Below, one piece after another: positions 36,643 through 47,489 of a DNA stretch of 64,000 bases. This stretch comes from a virus (Duplodnaviria > Caudoviricetes). Made by a program: the position numbers and the translations under genes. Within the stretch, counting starts at the first letter, position 1; every line of letters starts with the position of its first letter. The stretch is from positions 15,127-79,126 of the IMG/VR virus record IMGVR_UViG_2531839366_000001; one strand, 5' to 3'. The notes beneath the pieces are model-generated. The model saw only the letters and a program-made list of their open reading frames with translations, did not search any database and was not told the origin of the DNA.

Positions 36643-37482
36643 TTATAAATAGTGATATCTGAATCCGAAGGATATTTCGAAATTGCTAGCTCCAGAGATA
36701 GTAATGTTGTTCCAACCTGGTTTTAGCCGTATATAATAACGGCTTGTGTTACGGAATATACTTGCACCTTGCTTAAATGATCGAATCCCTGTTATAAAGA
36801 TTAGATCATTAGGATTAGATGAACCGTAATATTGCCAATAAATCGGCTGCCCGAATGCATCTAGAATAGATTTATTAGTTATCTTCAGTTGATTAGAAGC
36901 GCCGATAAAACTTATATCTAGGTCCATGTATCGTGAATCTATTTCAACATTCCCTGCATTAAATACCCATAGATCTGTTTCACTATAAAATACATATTGA
37001 ATGGGCTTATCTAGTACGAATCTAGACAATACATCCGAATTGTATAATTTCTCTATGAAATCAGATTCATCAGTTCGGAACGTAGACATAGCAAATGGAG
37101 GGTTATCAGCTGTGAATTTCACTTCGAAAAATCCGTACATTCTTTGTTGGTCAAAATCATAGCTGTCATCAGCTACAACAAGCCACCGTTTTTCAGGAAT
37201 TCTCATGTCATAAATAAAAAAATACTCATCACTTCTAAATAAATTAAACACTTCATCTCTCTCTGTTGCGTAAGTTTCCATACTCCCTGCTTTTAAACAA
37301 AAAACCCCAGTGATTTCACGGGATTCAATGTCAGCAACTTGTCCTACGCTGCCTGGTCGCCCTATAACTTGCTCACGAGGACGGTTATATTTAGGAGATG
37401 AGACGCGGAAATCTAATGTCATAATTCCCACGTCGCTTAACAGAGTTTTTTCACCACTAAAACGCTCAATTGAAACGTCCAT
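36643..37482 (-). CDS. Distal tail protein (Dit)
   Basis: Position after the tape measure; WVFNAGN...LKPGWNNITI. Confidence 0.85.
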   Translation of the reverse strand: MDVSIERFSGEKTLLSDVGIMTLDFRVSSPKYNRPREQVIGRPGSVGQVADIESREITGVFCLKAGSMETYATERDEVFNLFRSDEYFFIYDMRIPEKRWLVVADDSYDFDQQRMYGFFEVKFTADNPPFAMSTFRTDESDFIEKLYNSDVLSRFVLDKPIQYVFYSETDLWVFNAGNVEIDSRYMDLDISFIGASNQLKITNKSILDAFGQPIYWQYYGSSNPNDLIFITGIRSFKQGASIFRNTSRYYIRLKPGWNNITISGASNFEISFGFRYHYL

Positions 37483-37485
37483 TAA

Positions 37486-40400
37486 TCATCTTCCTTTTAA
37501 ATAAGATTTGATTTGAATGTTACTAGATTGCATATCACTTATGATTGGCTCAGTAACTCGGGCCATTTCATATCCATCTATAATAAGTACGTTTTCAATT
37601 ACTGTAGGTTTTTGTTGTACTGTAGCTGCATTTCCAAAGACACTATTTTGTGATTTCACCATTGCACTTTGACCAAAGCTGGACGTAGAAACCCCAGAAA
37701 CACTTGTAGGTACTCTGTATCCTGTTGAAACATTAGGAATCGCAGGAGCCGTTACGGTGCCCGTTGAAATATCACCTAACACTATTCCATCAGACAATGT
37801 ATCAAAAGCATCTTTCACTGATTCAGCCATTGTTCTTGCAGCTTTAACTGCTGGGTTTTCCATATTGTCTATCCCTTTGATCATACCTAATACTACGAAT
37901 TCCCCTACATCACGCATTAAACGAGATGGAGAATGAATATTAAAGAAACCTGTTACCGCTTCATAAGCTGAGCTAGCAATAGACTTAACTTTATCTACCA
38001 CTTTTCCTGCGAAATTACTGATACCATCTATCAATCCCTTGATTATGTTTTCGCCAGCTTTTAAGAATTTTCCGACAAATCCAGTAACCGAAGAAACAGC
38101 TTTATCAAGTATTATTTTTACGCCTGTTACGACACCTTCTAGTTTAGAACCAACACCGCTTACAATACCGTCCCAAATTTCGCCGAAGAAATTTCTTATC
38201 ATGCCGCCCCAACTACTAGTAAATGTGCTTATTGATTCAAGTTTAGAACCAAAAAATACGTATATTTCAGCTAGTGCGTCATTCCATACTCTCTTGATAT
38301 CATCCCAAAACTTAATGAACGGTTTAACAATATCTCCAGCAAATTTACCAAGCCATTTCAGAATGCGCCCTGCTCCCCAAAGTTGGATATAGCCCCAAAG
38401 GAACTCAAGTGCTCCATTCCAAATTTGCTTTATTCCTTCCCAAACACCATTCCAGTCACCAGTGAATAGAGATGAGAATACTTTTACAATACCGAGAATA
38501 ATGTCTAAGGCACCCTGAATAACAGATTTAATCGCTTCCCATGTCCCAATTACAATTTCTTTGATAATTGGCCATACGACTTGCATGACTGCTAGAATGA
38601 CAGGCATAACAGCTTGTATTACTGCAAGTACAGCATTCCAAACATTACCTATCGCCTCTTTTATTTGGTTTCCGTTTTCATTCCAAAACGTTGCGATTTG
38701 GCCTCCGATTTCAGTCATAAACGCCCATACTTCCCCTAACCCTTCACTGATTGTTGTTTTTATACTTTCTATAATTGAAGTTATAGTAGTAATTGCTTCA
38801 GGAGATAAACCTAATGATTTAAGAAGTGCCGAACCACCTTCGCCATCTCCCATGAACAACGTAAAAATACCTTGCATGAACGTTGCGAAGTCAGTAAAAG
38901 TTTGTTTAATTGTTTCAATTACAGATCTAACCGTTTCACCAAACGATAAGATAGCCTTTACATTCTCTGGAGACATGCCAAGTGAGGTTAACATACTTGC
39001 TGCACCACCACTATTGCCCATGAGAATCTGCCAAAACGCTTGGAAAGCCGTTATAACATTGTTTATTGCATTTCTAAATGGCTCTATGTTTTCATATGCA
39101 TATTTAAACCCAAGCACCAAAGCGGCAATTGCGGCAGCTACACCGAGCGCCACAGGAGTCGTCAACGCTAAACCTTCAAGCAATGGTCCAATTACTGCCC
39201 ATACCGCAAAAGCAGCAGCTCTTAATCCCTTAAACAACCCTATACCAACTGCAAGGGGCATTAGAATCACAGCTAAAGCAGACGCTAAATATAAAATCAT
39301 TCCGGCTATCTGTGTAATAGCTGGATTAATCTCATTGATTTTATTAATAAACTCACCGACTTTCGTCAATGCATTAACAAAACCAGCAGCAAACTTTCCC
39401 CATATCTCAACGAATGGTTTTAAAGCTTCTGCCCATACTTCTTTAAACTTCTCAATCGCTATACCTAAAGGAGTAAGTGAATCCTGTAATTCCTTAATCT
39501 TTTTACTTGCTTCGTCACGCGCTCTTCCTAACTCATCTTTTACAGCAGTATTAGTAAGAGCTATTTTTTCACGCCATAACGCTACATATTGATCTAGTTC
39601 AGGTTGCGATATTTGAGACAATGCTCGAATCTGCCCTGCTGCCTCTGGTCCCATTTTATATAACTCTTCTTTAAGTTCAACGGGTATACGAGCACCTAAA
39701 GATTTCATATCTTTAACCCAACCGCGCATTAAATCGACTTGGCTTTTTAGGTTATTTTTAAGGTCTTCACCCTTGAATGTTTCTCTCTGAACCTTTTTAA
39801 ATAAGTCAGCAAAGTTATATACTTCATCAATACGTTTTTGATATTGTTTGTTGTATTCGTCAGTGATTGCTTGTTGTTGCTTACGTATATCTGCGGGGTC
39901 AGGTCCTTTTGCGGCTTTCCACATAGCGGCAGTGAATAATGTAAAGCTAGCTACTGTAGCTAAAGCTGTCATCTGTAAACGCATGAGCCCCATATTGATT
40001 ATGCGTATCTGATCATTTAACTGTTTCATACTAGCGTTAGGGCCAACGAACTCTAACGCTAGTTGAGCAGCGTTACCAGATTGTGCGAATCGGTTAAAAG
40101 CACCTACAGCAGTCAAAGCACCACGTGATAAGTTATAGAACGGATTACCCATAGCAGTTAAATTCCCCTTCAATCTACCAGCCATGAGTGTCATATTTCT
40201 CATCGTACCAATTGTTTGAAGTATAGAAGCCATTTGCATACGATTAAGATTCATCATTGCGTCATTGGCTTTCTTTTCTGCTGCACCCAAAGCTGTAACC
40301 TCACGTATTAAATCGCGTGTAGAACCTTGATAGCTTCCCATACTCATACCCAAATCAAGATAAGCTAATTTTGTACGCTTTAATTCTTCAATATGGGGCT

Positions 40401-40617
40401 CCATAGCAGCACGTTGCTCTGCTTTCATTTGACGTAGACGTCTACTATATTCACTATTGGAATTCCCCATATTTTCAATACTACGCCGATATTCACGAGA
40501 GCTTCTGCTTGTTGTTGCTACAAAATCATTCATTTGTTGACGCATCTGTTGTATTTCACGACGCATCTGATCTGTTTCAGCTCTAAACTGAACTACTAAT
40601 TCTTCATTTGTTGCCAA
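37486..40617 (-). CDS. Tape measure protein
   Basis: 1043 aa, helical Ala/Gly-rich with W/F-spaced repeats, HSPSR motif near the C-terminus. Confidence 0.93.
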   Translation of the reverse strand: MATNEELVVQFRAETDQMRREIQQMRQQMNDFVATTSRSSREYRRSIENMGNSNSEYSRRLRQMKAEQRAAMEPHIEELKRTKLAYLDLGMSMGSYQGSTRDLIREVTALGAAEKKANDAMMNLNRMQMASILQTIGTMRNMTLMAGRLKGNLTAMGNPFYNLSRGALTAVGAFNRFAQSGNAAQLALEFVGPNASMKQLNDQIRIINMGLMRLQMTALATVASFTLFTAAMWKAAKGPDPADIRKQQQAITDEYNKQYQKRIDEVYNFADLFKKVQRETFKGEDLKNNLKSQVDLMRGWVKDMKSLGARIPVELKEELYKMGPEAAGQIRALSQISQPELDQYVALWREKIALTNTAVKDELGRARDEASKKIKELQDSLTPLGIAIEKFKEVWAEALKPFVEIWGKFAAGFVNALTKVGEFINKINEINPAITQIAGMILYLASALAVILMPLAVGIGLFKGLRAAAFAVWAVIGPLLEGLALTTPVALGVAAAIAALVLGFKYAYENIEPFRNAINNVITAFQAFWQILMGNSGGAASMLTSLGMSPENVKAILSFGETVRSVIETIKQTFTDFATFMQGIFTLFMGDGEGGSALLKSLGLSPEAITTITSIIESIKTTISEGLGEVWAFMTEIGGQIATFWNENGNQIKEAIGNVWNAVLAVIQAVMPVILAVMQVVWPIIKEIVIGTWEAIKSVIQGALDIILGIVKVFSSLFTGDWNGVWEGIKQIWNGALEFLWGYIQLWGAGRILKWLGKFAGDIVKPFIKFWDDIKRVWNDALAEIYVFFGSKLESISTFTSSWGGMIRNFFGEIWDGIVSGVGSKLEGVVTGVKIILDKAVSSVTGFVGKFLKAGENIIKGLIDGISNFAGKVVDKVKSIASSAYEAVTGFFNIHSPSRLMRDVGEFVVLGMIKGIDNMENPAVKAARTMAESVKDAFDTLSDGIVLGDISTGTVTAPAIPNVSTGYRVPTSVSGVSTSSFGQSAMVKSQNSVFGNAATVQQKPTVIENVLIIDGYEMARVTEPIISDMQSSNIQIKSYLKGR

Positions 40618-40635
40618 AATCTCACCTACCTCTCA

Positions 40636-40944
40636 TCAACGAAAATCGAGATTTTGTAAGAATTTCATATCTTCTTCTACTTTTTGTTTCTTTTCTTCTA
40701 TAGTTAACGAATGTTTTTCATCATCATTTAATTTATCTCGATTGAATAAATCAGTTGGTTTTAACTTCTTTTTAGGATCATGATGATAAGAAGAACGCAT
40801 CATGATTGCAAAAACACTATATGTTTGTAATTCATCAAGATGCTGTTCATTTCTGCCGATCATCATGTTATCGAATTCCCGTGGTGTAAGTTCCATAACT
40901 TCGCTTGGTAATAAATTTAAATATCTAAACCCATCTTGTTGCAC
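40636..40944 (-). CDS. Tail assembly chaperone, downstream (GT-like) frame
   Basis: LPSEVMELTPREF; the -1 frame is open across the upstream stop. Confidence 0.75.
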   Translation of the reverse strand: MQQDGFRYLNLLPSEVMELTPREFDNMMIGRNEQHLDELQTYSVFAIMMRSSYHHDPKKKLKPTDLFNRDKLNDDEKHSLTIEEKKQKVEEDMKFLQNLDFR

Positions 40945-40973
40945 TTTATCAAGATCATCTCGAGTAAATTCTC

Positions 40974-41399
40974 TTACTTTTCGTCCTTCCCGAACATGTC
41001 GTCTAGCATTTCTTGCATCTCTGGATTCTCCGCTGCTTCCGGATGTTTCGCTAAGTATTGTTTCTTCATTTGTTTTCGGCGCTTTTTTGTCGTGTTTTGG
41101 TAAAAAGAACTTTCAGCTACAACCTCATTTAAAAGTTCCTCAATAAATTCTTGTGAAATTTTTCCTGATTCGAATTGTTTTTCGATATTCTCCATTACTT
41201 TATCGCGCGTAAACCCTTGTTTTGTATGCATTAAACCGAAATATACAGCATCAACAAATAATTCTAAATCTCCTTGCATGCAAGCCATAATTACCGCGTC
41301 TGAACCACCTTCATACTTTTTGTTGAGTTCATAAATGTTTCCAAAAGTTAATTTTAAATCGTATTCTTTTCCATCAATTTCAAAACGCATATATATCAA
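40974..41399 (-). CDS. Tail assembly chaperone (G-like)
   Basis: MRFEIDGKEYDLKLTF; lies between the major tail and tape measure genes. Confidence 0.8.
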   Translation of the reverse strand: MIYMRFEIDGKEYDLKLTFGNIYELNKKYEGGSDAVIMACMQGDLELFVDAVYFGLMHTKQGFTRDKVMENIEKQFESGKISQEFIEELLNEVVAESSFYQNTTKKRRKQMKKQYLAKHPEAAENPEMQEMLDDMFGKDEK

Positions 41400-41457
41400 T
41401 CTCCTTTTAATTGAGTGTAATTTTCAAATTTAAAAAGAGCAGGCATTATGCCCACTC

Positions 41458-41928
41458 TTAAGCTCCTGCTGATACTGTTTCGCCCGCACCTGGTGGAATT
41501 GTAGTTAATGTTTCTGTAGTTACTGAACCAGATAATTTAACTTCCAAGGAATAGGTAGCAAATTCTCCTGTTGAAGCAGTCTTTTCAAACGAAGTGATCA
41601 TGTAAGTTCCTTTTTCTGCTTCTTTTGTACGTTTGTTAATTTCATAGATTTCAATATATTCTTTATTACGTAATTTTTTTAGTGCTGCCGCAGGGAATGG
41701 GTCACCCTCTGCCATGAGCCCTTCGAATGAACGTGTCTCAGTTACTTTTCCGTAGTCTGAAATTGTTCTATCTTTTGAAGCTGCTTCAATTTCATCAGCT
41801 TCTACACTATGTGAGGAATCCGTTTGGTCAAACGGACGTACCATAGTATCTTTGTTTGTAGCATCTTTAATAACTGCAGCGATTAAGAAATCATCACCGC
41901 GCATCATTTTGTTTTTTACTTCAGCCAT
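41458..41928 (-). CDS. Major tail protein (TP901-1-like)
   Basis: DEIEAASKD...GTYMITSFEKTASTGEFATYS. Confidence 0.85.
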   Translation of the reverse strand: MAEVKNKMMRGDDFLIAAVIKDATNKDTMVRPFDQTDSSHSVEADEIEAASKDRTISDYGKVTETRSFEGLMAEGDPFPAAALKKLRNKEYIEIYEINKRTKEAEKGTYMITSFEKTASTGEFATYSLEVKLSGSVTTETLTTIPPGAGETVSAGA

Positions 41929-41943
41929 CTATATTCACGCTCC

Positions 41944-42345
41944 TTAATTTGTATAAGTTTGTTGGTATTCAAAAATCATTGTTAATTGTGCTGAACCAAC
42001 TCCACTTGGAGCGGTTGTTACTCTTCGGAAATAAATCGTATCCATTGATTCATTGCCATCTTCATTACGAAGGTGTACGGTATAACCTTTGCTTCTAATT
42101 TTATTAGCAATCATTTCTGCTGTTTGCATTGCCTTATCTGTTGTTGTATTAAAAAACCTTACTATCATTGTGTATAGTAAGGTGTAATGATCCTTTGAAG
42201 TTTTATCATCATTTATAGATAAAATCGGATAATATACCGACGGAATAACTAGTTCTTCAGGAACTTGATCATGATAAACAAATGTATTAGTAGGTAGACT
42301 ATCATATACAAAAGCTTTCATAGAACCATGTATTTGCTCATACAT
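41944..42345 (-). CDS. Tail terminator/completion protein
   Basis: Synteny; size 133 aa. Confidence 0.65.
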   Translation of the reverse strand: MYEQIHGSMKAFVYDSLPTNTFVYHDQVPEELVIPSVYYPILSINDDKTSKDHYTLLYTMIVRFFNTTTDKAMQTAEMIANKIRSKGYTVHLRNEDGNESMDTIYFRRVTTAPSGVGSAQLTMIFEYQQTYTN

Positions 42346-42347
42346 AA

Positions 42348-42839
42348 TTATCTCGCTCCATTCTGTACCCAGTTTCTAAATTGGAGATCAAATGCAGTTT
42401 GGAACATACGCTCATAGATAGCGACAGCATTATCCCAGTAAGGACGACCTTCTATGAATTTAGCTGTAAGCATCATTCCCGTAGGTGCATGTGGATCATA
42501 TTCAAAGTTATGACCTTCCCATCTACCAGGAACAAATCGTCTCACTTGCTGCCACCCATCATTTTGAAGCTTCGCATACTCCACGTTTGTGCCAACTTCT
42601 AAAACTAACCCACCATCAGAGGAACGCCATACGTTTCCATTTCCACCCTTATCAAACGAATTAAGTAGTCGCCTTGTATCAACAACTGCTAATGAAATGA
42701 TTTGATTTTGCACCTCTTCTAGAAATTGAAATCCACTAGCTTCAAGCCATAAAGCAACATTCTGATCTATTCCGTTTGCCATACGGTTCAACTTAGCACT
42801 AAACTCTCGAAAACCTCGTGTTGTTATTTCGTTAGCCAT
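42348..42839 (-). CDS. HK97 gp10-like neck protein
   Basis: VDTRRLLNS...EVGTNVEYA. Confidence 0.85.
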   Translation of the reverse strand: MANEITTRGFREFSAKLNRMANGIDQNVALWLEASGFQFLEEVQNQIISLAVVDTRRLLNSFDKGGNGNVWRSSDGGLVLEVGTNVEYAKLQNDGWQQVRRFVPGRWEGHNFEYDPHAPTGMMLTAKFIEGRPYWDNAVAIYERMFQTAFDLQFRNWVQNGAR

Positions 42840-43216
42840 GGCTCTGTCTTCCTCTCTGCAATGGCTTTTATATGATAAACCTCACCAGTAAGCGGATGCA
42901 CTACTGGAAAAGGATTACGTATATAGTAAGTGACATTTGTATTCTTCTTGCTCACTTTGTCATTGTGTCTCACATCTGTACCAGGTATGAATAACACTTT
43001 AATTTGTTCTGTATTTAATTGATTTGGTGATGATTGAATTGTATCAGGAGCAGCAGTTGCTACATTCTCGGCGAAATAGCAACTTTGTTCCGCTATATCA
43101 GGAGTTTCATTGTAATAATATACAGTCTCTCCTGGTTGTCCATACTTACCAGGTTGCTCTTTCTTCTGCAAATGGTATATATCGCATTCATGAATAAACA
43201 TTCCTTGAAGAGACAT
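42824..43216 (-). CDS. Head closure protein (XkdH/DUF3599-like)
   Basis: GMFIHECDIYHL...GKYG; synteny. Confidence 0.7.
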   Translation of the reverse strand: MSLQGMFIHECDIYHLQKKEQPGKYGQPGETVYYYNETPDIAEQSCYFAENVATAAPDTIQSSPNQLNTEQIKVLFIPGTDVRHNDKVSKKNTNVTYYIRNPFPVVHPLTGEVYHIKAIAERKTEPWLTK

Positions 43217-43614
43217 TAAATCGTCCTCATTTTAAAGGTGACTTTATTTTTACCTTTATGATCCATAAACTTCCGAAGGAGATATAACACAGAAGGCTGA
43301 GTAACACTAGAACTGTCCTTAGTGTAGGTATAGTCACCACCACCAACACTTTCTGACTTAATGCCTTTCATAGCGTTTGTATCAGTATTGGTAAGAGCAT
43401 AATACTGTGCCAACTTCTTACAAGCTAACTTCACTTCTACTGGAACCTCAGGATACTTTGTCTTATCACCAAAATCTATTTTTGACAGATTATAAATCTC
43501 TGTTTCTGCCTCAAGTATGTCCTGCTCCAATAGAGGAACAGGACGTTTCTTCGCTTCAGGCAGTACAGTGTATTCTATTAATTCTTGAGCAGTAATAAGT
43601 GCCATACTTATCAC
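43216..43614 (-). CDS. Head-tail connector (YqbG/DUF3199-like)
   Basis: LITAQELIEYT...KLACKKLAQYYAL...SESVGGGDYTYT. Confidence 0.75.
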   Translation of the reverse strand: MISMALITAQELIEYTVLPEAKKRPVPLLEQDILEAETEIYNLSKIDFGDKTKYPEVPVEVKLACKKLAQYYALTNTDTNAMKGIKSESVGGGDYTYTKDSSSVTQPSVLYLLRKFMDHKGKNKVTFKMRTI

Positions 43615-43778
43615 TCCTCTCCTTTAGATTTACTACCTTCTTTTCGAACTTCAAATTGTTCATTACCATTTAGATAATCATAGGTTTTCTTTGTAACCTT
43701 TTCTTCTTGGTCCAATAAAAAAAGACGTTCATGGACGTCGTATGTTTTACCAACTATTAATTTAGTGTAGTAATTCAA
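43611..43778 (-). CDS. YqbF-like small head protein (55 aa)
   Basis: My translation from TTG: MNYYTKLIVGKTYDVHERLFLLDQEEKVTKKTYDYLNGNEQFEVRK...; not in the ORF track. Confidence 0.65.
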   Translation of the reverse strand: MNYYTKLIVGKTYDVHERLFLLDQEEKVTKKTYDYLNGNEQFEVRKEGSKSKGEE

Positions 43779-43784
43779 AAGTCA

Positions 43785-44714
43785 TCACTCCTTAACTTTG
43801 ATAACTTTTGCTACTGCATCTTCCTCTTCGAACTTCACATCAACCTTCGCAGTTAAAACAATGATGAATTTACGAGCACGAATATCCTTATCTACTTCAA
43901 TTCGAATATTACGGCTCATACCTGTCACAATATTTTTAGGAGGAGTCAATAAAATATCAGATACAGTATTTCCTCCATCATTATACGGCTGTAACATAGC
44001 AATCCCCTCTACTGGAACACCATAAGCAGAAGCTAAACCACCTTGAAGTGAAACATCCCCTAAGTTAGTTTGTCGCATCGCTACTTGGTCTTTCCATTCA
44101 ATTTCTAAACCATGTGATGTGTAAAACTTCCAATCTTTAGGGTTACGCAGGTATTTAGCAGGAACAGCTTTATAAGCTTTCTTAAATACATCTTTAGTAA
44201 ATGCACTTGCAGCACAATCTACAACATGCGAAGTTGCTTGTTTGCGAAGGCCATCTAATAAAGCTAAATAGGAATCTGTAGACGCTATATCACCATTCAA
44301 AATTAGCTCTTCGATATCTAATGCAGCACGATCTGCTATCATCTGCATGATAGTATTTTGAAGATTACCGCCCTCAATATTGTTTTCCAATGTATCATAA
44401 GTAATATGCACTTCCGCAATTACTTCTTTAGCATTTAACGTAATTGTGCTAGTTGATGGAGCAGAGCGATCAGAGTCTTTTAAAGGTACACCTTCAACAC
44501 CAGGGCGAAGAATACGGGAACCAAAGCCGATCTTTTCAATTTTAAGTGTGTCTGAGGTCATTTGAACAAAGCGCGAATCCTTTAAAATAGTAGGGGAATT
44601 TTGCACCATACGTAAGAATGTATCAGCTTGTTCAGGATTCATTAAACCGCCACTAGCTAATGTGGCAAGAGTAACGTCTGCTTTCTCGATAATTGTTTTG
44701 TTATTAAGTGTCAT
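43785..44714 (-). CDS. Major capsid protein (XkdG/YqbE-like)
   Basis: [12 protein letters not shown]...EKIGFG...[10 protein letters not shown]...FEEEDAVAK. Confidence 0.92.
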   Translation of the reverse strand: MTLNNKTIIEKADVTLATLASGGLMNPEQADTFLRMVQNSPTILKDSRFVQMTSDTLKIEKIGFGSRILRPGVEGVPLKDSDRSAPSTSTITLNAKEVIAEVHITYDTLENNIEGGNLQNTIMQMIADRAALDIEELILNGDIASTDSYLALLDGLRKQATSHVVDCAASAFTKDVFKKAYKAVPAKYLRNPKDWKFYTSHGLEIEWKDQVAMRQTNLGDVSLQGGLASAYGVPVEGIAMLQPYNDGGNTVSDILLTPPKNIVTGMSRNIRIEVDKDIRARKFIIVLTAKVDVKFEEEDAVAKVIKVKE

Positions 44715-44735
44715 ATATATTTTCCTCCTTCAGGC

Positions 44736-45968
44736 TTACAGTAAGCCATTCCATACAGATTTTTTGACTTCAGTTTTTTCAACAACATCAGTATCTTGTT
44801 GATTGCTAACGCCTTGAGATTTCTTTAAGGCTTCAATCTCTTCACGTAGAGGAGCGGTAGCAGCTTCAACAGCTTTTTTTACTCTAATATCTTCTTCTGT
44901 TTTTTCCTCGTCGAGATTAAGATGTTTCTTAACAGAAGCTAATTCCTCTTTAATTGGATTCACTGCTTTTTCTACTGCGGATGCTAATGTCTTTTCTAAC
45001 TGTTCTTGGTTAAACTCCATATTGTTTTCCTCACTTCCTGCGCCTTCCCGTGACGGTGTGACGCGTGTTTTTAGATTTGTTAATGAATCAATAGCTGCAT
45101 CAATATCAGCCATGTTCGTATTACTAATTTTCTTACCTGCTTTTTCTACTTCTGCAGCAAGAGATACAACAGGTTTGTTCTCCCATGCTTTCACAACTGC
45201 TTCAGTACCCTTCAACTCGTTGATAATCTCAACAAATTCAAGCGCAGCTTCTTCAATACGATCTAAGTCAATAGCATCGGCTGTAGACGCATTCCAAAGC
45301 GACTGATAGAAAGTATCTTCTAGTGCAGAGAAAGATGCATTAACATCACGGCGATGCTTATTCTGGTTAAATTTATCTCTAACCTCGCCTTTTTGAACGT
45401 TTTCTCCACTAAAAAAGCCCTTCATCAATTGGAAGAAGGACTCTTTTTGTTTTTCTTCAGTTTTCGTTACTTCTTCCTCAATCACTTCTGTCTCAGCGAT
45501 CCCTGCAAGAGAATACCCTGTCATCTTGCCATCTTTAATGTCTTTCCATATCTCATCGGTTGCTTTTGTCACTAACACCCATGTACCTTTAGTGATTGTT
45601 TCACCGTTAATATCCATATCAACAGGAGCTACATAACTTTCTACCACTTCACCTGCTCCTGCGTTAAAATCATGTTGAGCATCGATGTTTCGGTACTTAG
45701 CGATGAAGTTATGAGCAGAGCGCTCTATATCTTCCGCATCCATAAAGTCCCCATGTGCATCGTGCGTACTTGTATCTTCTGCACTACCTGGTTCATAGAC
45801 AATCCCATACACAAGCTTTTGGTCTTCATCTTCACCTTTAATGATTTTAACTTCTTTTTCGAATGTTGGTTCTTGCTCACTTTTCGTTAAGAAGAACTTC
45901 TTTTTATTTGCTGCTTTATCTACAATAGAAACAAAGCTCACATCCACGTTTTTAAGTTTCCTTGGCAT
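44736..45968 (-). CDS. XkdF-like prohead protease/scaffold
   Basis: VSIVDKAANKKKF, LVYGIVYEP, DAHGD, TGYSLAG; coiled-coil C-terminus. Confidence 0.9.
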   Translation of the reverse strand: MPRKLKNVDVSFVSIVDKAANKKKFFLTKSEQEPTFEKEVKIIKGEDEDQKLVYGIVYEPGSAEDTSTHDAHGDFMDAEDIERSAHNFIAKYRNIDAQHDFNAGAGEVVESYVAPVDMDINGETITKGTWVLVTKATDEIWKDIKDGKMTGYSLAGIAETEVIEEEVTKTEEKQKESFFQLMKGFFSGENVQKGEVRDKFNQNKHRRDVNASFSALEDTFYQSLWNASTADAIDLDRIEEAALEFVEIINELKGTEAVVKAWENKPVVSLAAEVEKAGKKISNTNMADIDAAIDSLTNLKTRVTPSREGAGSEENNMEFNQEQLEKTLASAVEKAVNPIKEELASVKKHLNLDEEKTEEDIRVKKAVEAATAPLREEIEALKKSQGVSNQQDTDVVEKTEVKKSVWNGLL

Positions 45969-46109
45969 TTATTCACCTCCTTTCAAAAGGATATGTATTT
46001 GATTTAGTGTTAACTTATTGATTTCTTGTAAATTCCAACCTAACTTCAGTAAAAGATAAGTTAATTCGTTCAAATTATCCCTCCTTATTAAACGAACAAA
46101 AGACACCGG

Positions 46110-47270
46110 TTAAGATGTCTTTTGTTCATTAAGTAGATTTATTATCTTTTCAATACATTTCTCTATATCATCATTGATTTCGTTTTCCCAAAACCGTAAT
46201 ATCTTCCAACCTTTTTCATGGACGTCTTTGTTTTTTCTAGCATCTTTTTCTTTTTGTTTGGGAAGGTTATGCCAATACACTCCGTCACACTCAATGATAA
46301 TATTATGATTTGGTATACCGAAGTCACAAATCCATCTTCCTAGTTTGAATTGTGGTTCAAAAGGAATATTAGCATCCTTCATTGCAGATTCTAACTTAAT
46401 TTCTATAGAACTCCTTTTACCACCTATCATTTTTTGTGTATACGCTCCAACACATTGTGTCGAACATAACTTTCCCCAACCCATTTTGATATTAGCTGGT
46501 TTGGCGTGAAATTCAGTTCCGCAAATTAGACATTCTCGTTTGACTTGACTATATAAAGGATGTCTTTCTCCGGTTCTGTTCTTTATAAATATTAAAGAAC
46601 ATTCTTTTGAGCAGTAATTATATACATCTCTGTCTCTATAACTAACAACAAATTCTTTTTTACAATTTCTACACGTTTTTTTGACATCGTCATGTTTATT
46701 CCAAGCTGCTTTTTTTATTTCTCCAGAATGTATCTTTTCATAATACTTTTGTCTGTTTATTGCAGCTTTATCTGTATGAAAATGTCTCCATGATTCATTT
46801 TGCTCAGCCGATAATTTACCAAAACACTCTCTAGAACAAAATCTACCTTGCCCCTTCTTGACTCTCGAAATAAACGTAGTAAATTCTTTTCCGCAAAATT
46901 CACATTTTACTTCTAAACTTTTGGGATTTTTACTATTTCTAAATTTAATAGCACAACTTTTGCTGCAACAATTACCAGATTCTTTGTATTTTGTCTTTGG
47001 GATTTCAACGCTCTTATTGCACCATGCACAATTAGATATAATTCTTTTATCTTGCTTCTCAGAGACCTTCTTAATAGCACATACAGGGCATCTTGTACCG
47101 CCTAAAAAAGCACCTGCATTAGGTTCCCATTCATTACCGCATACATTGTGTTTCATTTTTATTTTAGATCTCTTGTTTATATATCTCCCTAAAACGGTGT
47201 ATTCGTCTCCAACTGCTTCAAAAATCAAAGATACGTATTCTTCATGCGTTCTTTTCAAAATAAACACCAC
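46110..47270 (-). CDS. Free-standing endonuclease: Zn-finger repeats plus DUF559/Vsr-like nuclease
   Basis: DUF723-like N-terminus, four CxxC...CSxxC repeats, DFGIP...IIECDGVYWH...GWKILRFWE. Confidence 0.85.
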   Translation of the reverse strand: MVFILKRTHEEYVSLIFEAVGDEYTVLGRYINKRSKIKMKHNVCGNEWEPNAGAFLGGTRCPVCAIKKVSEKQDKRIISNCAWCNKSVEIPKTKYKESGNCCSKSCAIKFRNSKNPKSLEVKCEFCGKEFTTFISRVKKGQGRFCSRECFGKLSAEQNESWRHFHTDKAAINRQKYYEKIHSGEIKKAAWNKHDDVKKTCRNCKKEFVVSYRDRDVYNYCSKECSLIFIKNRTGERHPLYSQVKRECLICGTEFHAKPANIKMGWGKLCSTQCVGAYTQKMIGGKRSSIEIKLESAMKDANIPFEPQFKLGRWICDFGIPNHNIIIECDGVYWHNLPKQKEKDARKNKDVHEKGWKILRFWENEINDDIEKCIEKIINLLNEQKTS

Positions 47271-47309
47271 CTAGTTATATAACTTATAATACTTAAAAGA
47301 GGTGATATT

Positions 47310-47474
47310 ATGGCTATTGATAAAACAAAGAATACCCAAGTTTTAGTTACGTTCCCTAATGAAATGCTAAAAGATATAGATGAATATTGGCACGATAATA
47401 GATTGAAGAATAGAAATGAAGCAATTAGAGAGTTGATTAGAATCGCTTTAAGTCAAAAAGAGGCACATAAATAA
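47310..47474 (+). CDS. CopG/RHH-family regulator (54 aa)
   Basis: My translation MAIDKTKNTQVLVTFPNEMLKDIDEYWHDNRLKNRNEAIRELIRIAL...; RBS GAGGTG. Confidence 0.8.
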   Translation: MAIDKTKNTQVLVTFPNEMLKDIDEYWHDNRLKNRNEAIRELIRIALSQKEAHK

Positions 47475-47489
47475 GAAGTGTCTCTTTTT

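Noticed and set aside
38561-39592. 343-aa plus-strand ORF
   Set aside because: Antisense shadow of the tape measure gene; the same applies to other overlapping opposite-strand ORFs in the structural module
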